This document shows positions 47,907 through 58,000 of a stretch of 64,000 bases of DNA, piece by piece. Each line of letters begins with the position of its first letter. The first letter of the stretch is position 1. This DNA is from Hyaloraphidium curvatum SAG 235-1. Lineage: Eukaryota > Fungi > Monoblepharomycota. The translations under genes and the position numbers were made by a program. Under the pieces are notes generated by a model. It searched no databases. It saw only the letters and a program-made list of their open reading frames with translations, and was not told where the DNA came from. The DNA lies in the NCBI GenBank assembly GCA_025558095.1, contig JAIVFI010000039.1:62001-126000 (forward strand). The letters are read 5' to 3'.

Positions 47907-49170
47907 ATGGCCCGCCCGCACGGCGGGGAGCCGCCTCCAGAGCCCTCCGCCGCCGAATGGCTCGCGTTGTTCCCGCGCCGCCCGCCCGACCCGCGGCAGG
48001 GGCTCTCCGGTGCCGCGGGGTTCGCCGACCCGCCCGGCGTCTCCCGCGGGCCGCTGCCGCGGAAGAAGGCGCTCGCTCAAGTCGAACCCGGGCGGGCTGG
48101 GCCTGCTCCGGCATGATCCTGGCGACGCGCTGTGCCCCTGTCCAGCGTCAGAGTGCGCCGGGCGGGTGCCGTGGAGGGCAGCCGCATTGGAGCTCGGCAG
48201 CATGTTGGTCGTGAATACGGCGCTGGCCTTGTCGGTGGTCATGTTCACGTGGACAACGATCGCCACGTACGGCGCGAGGTTCTGGTCCACCGGCTGGGGC
48301 GCGGCACTGGGTGCTCTAGCACGTAGGTCTTCTGCGCGTTACATCGGCTCCCACTCACACGGGCACTGTTTCGCCCCTCAGTCTTTGTGAACTTTGGCTG
48401 GAGCTGGGGAACAGGGTGCACGCGGCGCATCTGGCTCAGTGTTCCGCAGCTCCGCCTGTCCGAACGGCTGCGGCACCGCGCCATGGATGTCGCGCTGACC
48501 TCGATGCTGGAACGGTTCCGGAGCGGGCTGCGGGGCGATGCGGAAGAGGCCGCGCGGGCCATCATGCAGGACGACGGCTACCTCCAGCTGCACACCAACA
48601 TGGCCGCAACATGGGAGGCCGGCATCGCGCAGAACAACATGCGCTGGGGCTTCCTGACGGTCAGCATCGTCGTTCAGACGGTCAACACGATCGTCAACCT
48701 AGTGAGCTTCCGCGCGGCCCGGCGCGCCAAGCCCACGCACTGACCTTCTTGCGCCGCAGGCCGCCGGCTCCTGCATCATCTGGGCTCAGCTCTGGATTTT
48801 TCCCTACCTCCTCGTCCGCATCGGATGGGACCTCGTCAACCTCGCCGTGGGCAACTCGCAGATCGCAGCCGTCACCTCGCTCCTCTCCTCCGCCCGCCGC
48901 GAGCTCCGCGCCCTGATTGTGTTTTCGGACCGGCTGCCCCCCGATTCGGCTCGGGAGGCTTTGGTACGTGCGGCAGCGCACCACGAGGCGCTGCTCGGAT
49001 CGCTGGTGGAGCGCGGGACGGTCCGGGGGAGGTTCATGGGGTTCGCAGTGGATGCTGGGGTTATCAGGACCTTCTATGCTACAGTTTTCACGCTGGCGGT
49101 CGGGCTCTTCAGCGTGATGAGGGGTTGGGTGTTTGTCACGCTGGAGGGGGCGTGCCCGCTGCGGCCGTAG
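47907..49170 (+). pseudogene. 7-TM family paralogue with an internal deletion of about 380 bp and a frameshift
   Basis: Aligns to 50278-51929 but jumps from PLPRK to the GL...HD.GDALCPC region; stop at 48116. Confidence 0.75.
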
Positions 49171-49266
49171 CGGCGCCGACACGTGTAAAGAAAGGCCTTA
49201 ACTCTATTCGCCGCGCCAGCTGAGTGCGACCCTTCCCCACCCTTCCGAATCCCACCCCCATCCCGG

Positions 49267-49750
49267 TCAACCCACCTGTGGTTTAGCGCACAGCTCCTCC
49301 CACATCCTCCTTCCCGCCACCTCCCTCGCGAACGCGTGCAACTCCGCATCCAGAGCGTTCATCGCCGCCAGTCTTTCCACGACGGGGTGACCGGCGGGGT
49401 AGGCCGCGGAGAAGGACGAGTTCTCGAGGGTGCCGGCCCGGTGCTTGTTCACCTGGCACGTACCGCGTCAGCGACGCCGTTCGGACGCGGCAAGATCTGG
49501 TCACGCACGTCGAATTCTTTCCACCCGAGCTTGGAAGCCAGCTGCCCCGCCGTCGCCACATAACTCGCCGGGTCGTCCGCCACCAGGGCGACGGAGAAGC
49601 ACCCCTCCAGCGTCCGCTTGGCTCTGTCCAGATGGTCCCGAGTGAAGGGGCCGAGCCCACATCCGCCAAATACGCGGACATTGAAGTCAGATATCCACAA
49701 GTGGGCGTCGGGGAGGGGTTGCGCATTGGCCATCTGCTCCAGGGTGTTAC
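49267..49750 (-). pseudogene. Duplicated 3' half of the sulfotransferase-like gene
   Basis: TLEQMANAQPLPDAHLW...GWKEFD and the last exon match 52026-52505; no HKAGGST exon is recognisable upstream. Confidence 0.65.
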
Positions 49751-50277
49751 AATTGATGGAGGCCGGAAGGATGCAGAGAAAAGGCCCGAGTCCAGCCAAG
49801 GCAGTTTCCGGATCGATTCGAGGGTGCACGCTTGGCTTGGGGCGCGGATGGATGCTACACAACCGCCGCAGTCCCGTTTGGCGAAGAATGAGCCCAAACG
49901 GTTTGGCCGAAGACACGCTAGCCTGCGGCAGCGCGCTCCGAGAATGCTAGCCATCCAAGCGCACGAGTCCATCGACGAGCACGTTCCGGCGCGTCTATAT
50001 GGCGATTCGCAACTACCTCCACATGCCCGGGCGCCCGGCCTCCAAGCGCGATGAGAAGTGCCGGTTTGGATGACGGACTTCGGGAGGGTTGTCCACCATG
50101 AAAAGACAACGACCGACGGTGCCTGCAGTACTACTCTCTCCTATCTGGAACAATAGAGGGCGCTTGGTCTTGTACAAACTACAACTCGATAGATCGCCTA
50201 ATAGAACCTAACGTGCGCGTGTTCTTGACGCGCTTGGGCATAACGTTCGATCGCGCACCCCCGCAACGGACTTAAAA

Positions 50278-51929
50278 ATGGCCGGCCTGCAACTCTCGGA
50301 GCAGCCTCCCGAGCCCTCCGCCGCCGAATGGCTCGCGTTGTTCCCGCGCCGCCCGCCCGACCCGCGGCAGGGACTCTCGGCCGCCGCGGGGTTCACCGAC
50401 CCGCCCGGCGTTTCCCGCGGGCCGCTGCCGCGGAAGGAGGTGCTCGACGCGCTCGCGGACGACTGGCTGCTGCGCCTGGTCGTCAAGTTCCAGTCGGGAG
50501 CCGCTGCTCGGTTCGTTGGCAGGCTGTACGTCCCGCTGACCATCCTGTGGCTCCTGCCGAGCACGGTCGTGTACTGCCTCGTATGGTACTTCAACGACGG
50601 CACATTCGGGCCGGCACAGATGGCCGCGGGAACGTTCGTACTTGCAAATTGTTTCTACGCCAACGGGTTTCTGGTGGCCATTTTCCGCGTGGGCCTGGAG
50701 AGGGACGAGGCAGCCGGCTTTGGGGACTTCGCGGCGTCGAACCTCGCCGGGATCGTCAGATGGAGGCAGCTCGTCCGCGGGGCAGTCAACAGTGGGACCG
50801 AGACCGGCGACGGCGTTGAGCTGGGGCGGAAGGTCGACCAGGAAGGGCTCGGCCTACCCGTGCACGACGCCGGGGACGCTTTGTGCCCATGCTCCGCCCA
50901 AGGATGCGCTGGGCGGGTGCCGTGGAGGGCAGCCGCATTGGAGCTCGGCAGCATGTTGGTCGTGAATACGGCGCTGGCCTTGTCGGTGGTCATGTTCACG
51001 TGGACAACGATCGCCACGTACGGCGCGAGGTTCTGGTCCACCGGCTGGGGCGCGGCACTGGGAGCTCTCGCACGTGGGTGTCTCGCCGGGCACAAGCCCT
51101 CATGGATCACACTGACGGAAATAGCACCGGTATCGCCACCGCAGTCTTTACCAACTTCGGCTTCAATTGGGTATTGGGGCTCACGCGCCGCACGTGGCTC
51201 AGCGTGCCCCAGCTCCGGCTGTCCGAAAGACTACGGCACCGCGCCATGAACCGTGTGCTGACGACGATGCTGGAACGGTTCCGGAGCGGGCTGCGGGGCG
51301 ATGCGGAAGAGGCCGCGCGGGCCATCATGCAGGACGACGGCTACCTCCAGCTGCACACCAACATGGCCGCAACATGGGAGGCCGGCATTGCGCAGAACAA
51401 CATCCAAGGCCGCTTCCTCACGATCAGCGTGGTCGTTCAGACAGTCAATACGATCGTCAACTTGGTGAGCCCCCCGGGCCCGCCCGCCAGCACACGTACT
51501 GACCTTGTTCCGCCACAGGTCGCCGGCTCCTGCATCATCTGGGCTCAGCTCTGGATTTTCCTCTACCTCCTCGTCCGCATCGGATGGGACCTCGTCAACC
51601 TCGCCGTCGGCAATTCGCAGATCGCAGCCGTCACCTCGCTCCTCTCCTCCGCCCGCCGCGAGCTCCGCGCCCTGATTGTGTTTTCGGACCGGCTGCCCCC
51701 CGATTCGGCTCGGGAGGCTTTGGTACGTGCGGCAGCGCACCACGAGGCGCTGCTCGGATCGCTGGTGGAGCGCGGGACGGTCCGGGGGAGGTTCATGGGG
51801 TTCGCAGTGGATGCTGGGGTTATCAGGACCTTCTATGCTACAGTTTTCACGCTGGCGGTCGGGCTCTTCAGCGTGATGAGGGGTTGGGTGTTTGTCACGC
51901 TGGAGGGGGCGTGCCCGCTGCGGCCGTAG
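50278..51929 (+). CDS. Seven-TM membrane protein, 508 aa; exons 50278-51073, 51145-51464, 51519-51929
   Basis: Both introns are GT-AG with CTGAC branch points and restore one frame; seven hydrophobic segments; C-terminus GRFMGFAVDAGVIRTFYATVFTLAVGLF. Confidence 0.75.
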
Positions 51930-52025
51930 CGGCGCCGACACGTGTAAAGAAAGGCCTTAACTCTATTCGCCGCGCCAGCTGAGTGCGACCCTTCCCCACC
52001 CTTCCGAATCCCACCCCCATCCCGG

Positions 52026-55000
52026 TCAACCCACCTGTGGTTTAGCGCACAGCTCCTCCCACATCCTCCTTCCCGCCACCTCCCTCGCGAACGCGTGCAA
52101 CTCCGCATCCAGAGCGTTCATCGCCGCCAGTCTTTCCACGACGGGGTGACCGGCGGGGTAGGCCGCGGAGAAGGACGAGTTCTCGAGGGTGCCGGCCCGG
52201 TGCTTGTTCACCTGGCACGTACCGCGTCAGCGACGCCGTTCGGACGCGGCAAGATCTGGTCACGCACGTCGAATTCTTTCCACCCGAGCTTGGAAGCCAG
52301 CTGCCCCGCCGTCGCCGCGAAACTCGCCGGGTCGTCCGCCACGAGGACGACGGAAAAGTACCCCTCCAGCGTCCGCTTGGCCCTGTCCAGATGGTGCCGG
52401 GTGCAGGGGCCGAGTCCGCATCCGCCAAACACGCGGACATGGAAGTCATTTAGCCACAAGTGCGCGTCGGGTAGGGATTGCGCCTTGGCCATCTCCTCCA
52501 GCGTCAAGTTGCCCCAGTCCCCGCCCACCGCCCCGTGCTGGCCGGAGGTTAGCGAATAGACTGGGAGGGGGTAGTGGGAGGGGGAGTGGACTGTGCGGGG
52601 CGCTCGCAAGCTCGCCGTAGGGCCCCGCAGACTAGGGGACCTTGGCTACACGGTCTGTGCTTGCGTCCTTGTCTCACTGCCTTGCCGACCCCTGCTTTGC
52701 CGGTCCCCTCACCTACTTGCTAAGCAATGTGCTTAGCAACTTGCTTACCTTTTCTAAAACCAACTATTCTAGTCGTTTTCATAGTCGTTTTCTTGGCTTG
52801 TATAGTCGATTTTATACCTCATTTTGGCTCTGATAGTCGATTAGTCGATTTTGAAAAAAAACTTAACCCGTTTTCAAGTTTCACCTAGGTCCTACCCTAT
52901 ACAACAACTTAGGCCACCTTTTCCTCCAAAATCGACTAATTAACTATTTGCTTTGTTTCATGCTTCAACTTCTAGATCTCTTACCATTTTCCTTCTAGCT
53001 TCTTTTTCTCAAAATCGACTAGAACCCAACTTGGTCCTAGTCGTTTTCTAATTCACAAAGAATTTCATGACAGTGATGACAACTTTTTTGAAAAGTGGTT
53101 TGGCGAAGCCATATTTTGTGTCTTCACCACTCTTTTTCCCCACCAGTCTTACCCCACCACTGAGTACCCCACCTGTCTTACCCCACCACTGAGTACCCCA
53201 CCACCTCTTCCCCCACCACCTCTTACCCCGCTCCCCCATCGCAACTTCGTTGCTACCACGTGCTTTGAACGAAGTTCATTTGTGGTTTGGCGTAGCCATT
53301 TCTCCCGCCCCCGCTCCCTCGCGTACCAAAAGGAGAGAAATCCCAGCAAGCCTGGTACATCTTTGAAAATCATATTTGGAACAAAGTAGACAGCAAGTCA
53401 GTGAGCCTACAAATCAAGTCTGAGGCATACACAAGATTATTTCATACGGCGGAGAGAGTATACAGAGGATTGCAAATTCAGACGGACCAAGAGCGCAAGC
53501 AGCAGGAACAAAAGCTAAAGCAGATAAGAAATGTGATCAAGTCATTGCAATCAGCAGGAACAAAACGATCAATAACAGAGGAGTATGCGACATGTTGTTT
53601 GAAGAGGGACTTTTTGAGTCTTTTGAACAAGAAGAAGAATTTGCTTCCCTTTAAAAACGGAGTCTATGAACTGGAGACATCAAACTTCAGGGCAGGGCAA
53701 CCAGAGGACTACATGACCAAGTCGGTAAGATTTGACTATGATCCATTGAAAATGAGAGACAGTGCCATGCTAGCCGAATTGATGAAATTCTTGGAGTCAG
53801 TCTTTCCGGATGCAAGTCTAAGAGCCTGGTGCATGCGATACTTTGGAAGCTTTTTGGCGGGATATACACGTGATCAAATTTTTGTGTTTGGTCACGGGTC
53901 AGGTTCGAATGGGAAAGGCATTTTGCTCAAACTTCTGGAGCATGTGCTAGGGGACTTTGTTGCGAAGATTGAAGCATCTTTTCTGAGTGAAACGACAAAA
54001 GCAGATTCAGCAACACCAACACTGACATCGATGGTAGGAGCACGTCTAGTGCTTATATCAGAGACAGTGGATGGTGCAAAGCTGAATGAGCAGAGATTCA
54101 AAGCTCTTTGTGGAGAGGATACACTTACTTACAGAGAACTATTTAGCGAGATGTCATCATTTGTGCCGGATTTCAAGCTGTTCATGGTGTGCAATTCACT
54201 ACCTATTTTTAATGGCTCGGACTGGGCAATGCGTCGGCGTATAAAGGTGATACCATTTATGTCAACATTCAAGAAACTGGACGAGAATCCAGACCCAACA
54301 AAAAATGAGTATCCATTGGATTCAACTCTGGGAGAGAGAGCACCAGAATGGAAATATGCGATGATGCATTTGCTTCTGGAGGGATACAAAGAGTATAAGG
54401 AGCACGGATTAGGACCAGAACCAGCAACATTGAAGGCAGCAACGCAACTATATGCGAGGACAAACAACATTTATGAAGAGATTCGTGACAATTATTTGGA
54501 AAAAGATGCATCAAGTGGGGTGACAACGGAATGGTTTGTGAATCAAGTCAACAAAAAGTGGAACGATTTCTATGGGGAGTCAATGAAAAAACCAGGGAAA
54601 CAGAAAATGTATGAGAGTATTGATGTGGCGCTGTTGAACGAGAAGCAAAAGACGGAGAAGAGAAGGTTTGGGAATCCGCAAAGATACGGATGGAAAGGGT
54701 GGAGGAGGGTGAAAGAGGCCGAAACCACGTGGATGGACATATAGCGTACAGCTTCGCTGAATCACATAAAAACAGGTTTTTGCAAAGCAGATGTGTGAAA
54801 GATGTTTCTGCACGAAGTGCTCTCTGAAATAGCAAAACACTGTGACATAGATACCCGATGCAAGTTGGCTGAGGCACTTCTGCTTGAAAAGAATGCATTT
54901 ATTGTGAAATTATCGCCCGGAAACCAAGGAAGTATTACAACAGATGCTTTTCTTAAGTCGCATCAAGCAGCAATAACTGCAAAGATGAAGAAGCGAGGGC

Positions 55001-58000
55001 AACTCAAAATACATATCGAATGCAAGTTTCATGTTGGCATACTATTCAAAGGTAAAAGGGTGGGGATGTGGTATCAAGCAAATCGGATGAAGTGCAGCGT
55101 ATCGTGGACAAATGACTTTGGAGAGTTTGATCAGATGAGATTTGCAGCAATCAACAAGGAAGACCATGATCTTACTAGTTGGAGGTACTTTGTTGAAGGT
55201 GACATGTTATGTGAATACGGGAGTGTGAACCAAACAAGGCAGCAACTAAAAGAGTTTGAAGAGCAAATTGAATCAGTGGAGTCATATATGTATGGGGAAT
55301 AATTGTCTATTCAGCCAAGTATTTTGCTTCGAGATCAGGATAGCGATTTCCAAATCTATCATAAACACGGTATTCAAACTTGAATCCAGTAGCTAAAGCA
55401 GCATTCTTTTTCGCGATATTGCGTGCTCTTTCTATCTCGTATGTGTACTGAGATTTCACTTCAATGAAAGATGATCAGCAAAAGCAATGTAGAAATCAGG
55501 GATGTAGTCTTTCCAACGATTGTTGTCAGCAGGATCTTGATACCTTACTCTGGGAACAGCTTCGTCTCCGTGAACTATGCCAATGTCTCTGAACTCTCCG
55601 GAATCCACGAAAAATTTCTCAAATCCTTGCATGCCAAAATATTCATCACCGAATTTGGAAACATAATCATATTTGCGGAAAGGGGGAGAGACAGGTTCGT
55701 CAATCGACAAGGTTTCAATGTTTGGTGCAAAAAAGTGGTCGAGAAACGACTGTGGGAGAATGTATTCGGTAGTAGTCATGTATATAAGAGACAAAACATC
55801 GAAAAACATGCTCAGAATACGAAGAAAGTTCACACAAAACGAGTTTTTTACCAACACAAACTTAATTGAAGCCAAGTGATTTGAATTAAGTATGAAGCAA
55901 CTTGCATAAAAAGGCCAAGGTTGCAATGGTAAATTAATGATTCTTAAAGCACGTGGTCTGGGCCAATGTTTGCCATGGAAGAACAAACTTACAAGGAAGA
56001 GACCGGATTGCCAGCATACACAAGCCGTACTTATCTTGTTTCGTTTGGACACATTAAAGATGACAAGAGTTTGAGCCGAGCAATAGTATTAGCAAAGCAT
56101 AAGGAGAAGGGCATCAACAGTTTGGAACTACTGGAAAAAGAGACGCAGGAGCTTCATGAGAAACTAGGGATAAAATCACCGCAATGGGAAAAAAGAGACA
56201 AATGGTTTCCCTGGTCAGAGCTGAGGGAACTGGCAGAAGAAGCAGAGAGCAAGTGTTGGAAGGTCCTGGGCTTAAGAATTGCGTTCTATGCAACGAGGGA
56301 TGATGAGTCATATTATCAATACTCACTCTTAAACGCAAAAGTTCGAAATGCCAAGTTGCAAGTAGACATTTGCCCAAGAGAGGAGGATCAGGGACACTAT
56401 AAAGGCCATTTTAGTTTGATACTGGACTTTCACCGCTACAAAGGGATAAAGAGAGAAGTCCGTGGATATGTCAAGGGCAAAGTTCCGTCAAACAAAGTAA
56501 TTCAAGGTAAAGATCGCACGAAATTGGTGTTGGAGGAATTGACACGTGTTTTTCAGAGGGTGTACTAATATCAGACTTGAGGAAACAAGAGAGGGAAGCA
56601 CGCATGAAACAAAAGGATTTTGTTGAAAAGCTTCGGGAATAGCACAAATGAACTTCGTTCAAACAAAGCAACTTCGTTGCAAAAATGACTTCGTCATATG
56701 ACTTCGTCAAACCACATGTGACTTGGCGAAGCCCTATAAGGGAGGGGGGGCGGGAGGCATAACCAACAGGGCTTCGCCCAAATGACTTCGTCAAGCCACG
56801 TGACTTCACCGAAGGTGAAATGGCGAAGCCATGTGAGAAATGACTTCGTCAAATCACGTGGTTGCACGAAGTGCTATGAGGGAGCGGGGTAAGGGAGCGG
56901 GGTAAGGGAGCGGGGTAAGGGGGAGAAGACAGCACTTGGTGAGGCAGAAGGCCTGAACACCTGAACACATTTGGCTTCGCCAAAGCACGTGATTGGACGA
57001 AGTCCTGTTGGTATGGACGAAGTGGATATGGGCAGAAGGCCGACAGAAAAGAGTCAGAGAAAGTGGATGGTATTTTGTGAGAAAGCACAGGGAAACAAAG
57101 CTATATATATATATAGTCAGAGATGTCAGAAAAGTCAGAATAAGAAAAAAATAATTATTATAATAAAAGAGAGAGGACTATGTAGTAAGAGAGTAGTAAA
57201 AGAGATACATGTCTTGAAAAGTTCTGACATTGCTGACATTTCTGACAAAGTAAGGTAGCTAAGCAAGATGCTAAGCAGTTTGCTAAGCAAGTAAGTAGAA
57301 CAAAGAAGGGGTAGGTGAAGCTCGTGAAGCCGTGCCCGGGAGGGACCCGGAGGGAGGCCCAAGGGGGATGGGCCGGAGCGAGGGACGAGCGCAGGACCCC
57401 TCTCCCCCTCCTGCCAACTCAGGCATATCGTATCTTGAGCAAAACCCCGACGCTGAGGTGCATATTCGTCGGAACCGGACTCAATACGCATCGGTATTGC
57501 CCCGTGCATTTGCCGATGAACAAATGTCACGATATCTTGCACCCGCAGCGCGGAGAGTTTTGGTGGATATTGAGGCATTGCTTAGACAACAAGTTGAGTT
57601 TGATCCCGCCGGGTGGGAAGCGCAAGATGTGGATTTGGGGGTGGAGGAAGAAGGAGGGGATGAAGATGATTAAAGCACCTTCGGTATATGACTTCGTCAA
57701 ACCACAGGTGACTTGGCGAAGCAATATAGCACTTCGTGCAACCACGTGATTTTGCGAAGCAATATAGCACTTCGTGCAACCACGTGATTTTGCGAAGCAA
57801 TTACTCAAATGATTGGATCAATCGATCAGGCAGAAACTTGCATAAGTCTTTTACAAGGGCTGTACACCTTAACCACTCGGTCAACCTGTCGAGAGAGCAA
57901 ATTGAAAGGGTGGGACACGTGGTGCCGGGACATTGCGGTGGGGCATCGCGCTCGGACACAGCACTTCAGCCTTATACGGCAAAGCCAAGTGAATGCCGTT

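Larger units (their letters stand above)
47930..52505. repeat. Tandem segmental duplication (7-TM gene plus the convergent sulfotransferase 3' end), offset 2,759 bp
   Basis: Identical ORF pairs 48917/51676, 49074/51833 and 49267/52026; about 48856-49557 appears identical to 51615-52316. Confidence 0.95.

Noticed and set aside
53130-53235. Telomeric repeat
   Set aside because: Irregular CCCCACCA units internal to the TIR, not a uniform terminal array.
52642-53239. 63-75 aa ORFs inside the TIRs and their mirrors
   Set aside because: Mostly non-ATG starts with repeat-derived translations; the identity only reflects the TIR.
55966-56568. Tyrosine recombinase (W..W.EL resembles a motif in some viral recombinases)
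   Set aside because: No recognisable catalytic R...HxxR...Y set; left as hypothetical pending HHpred.
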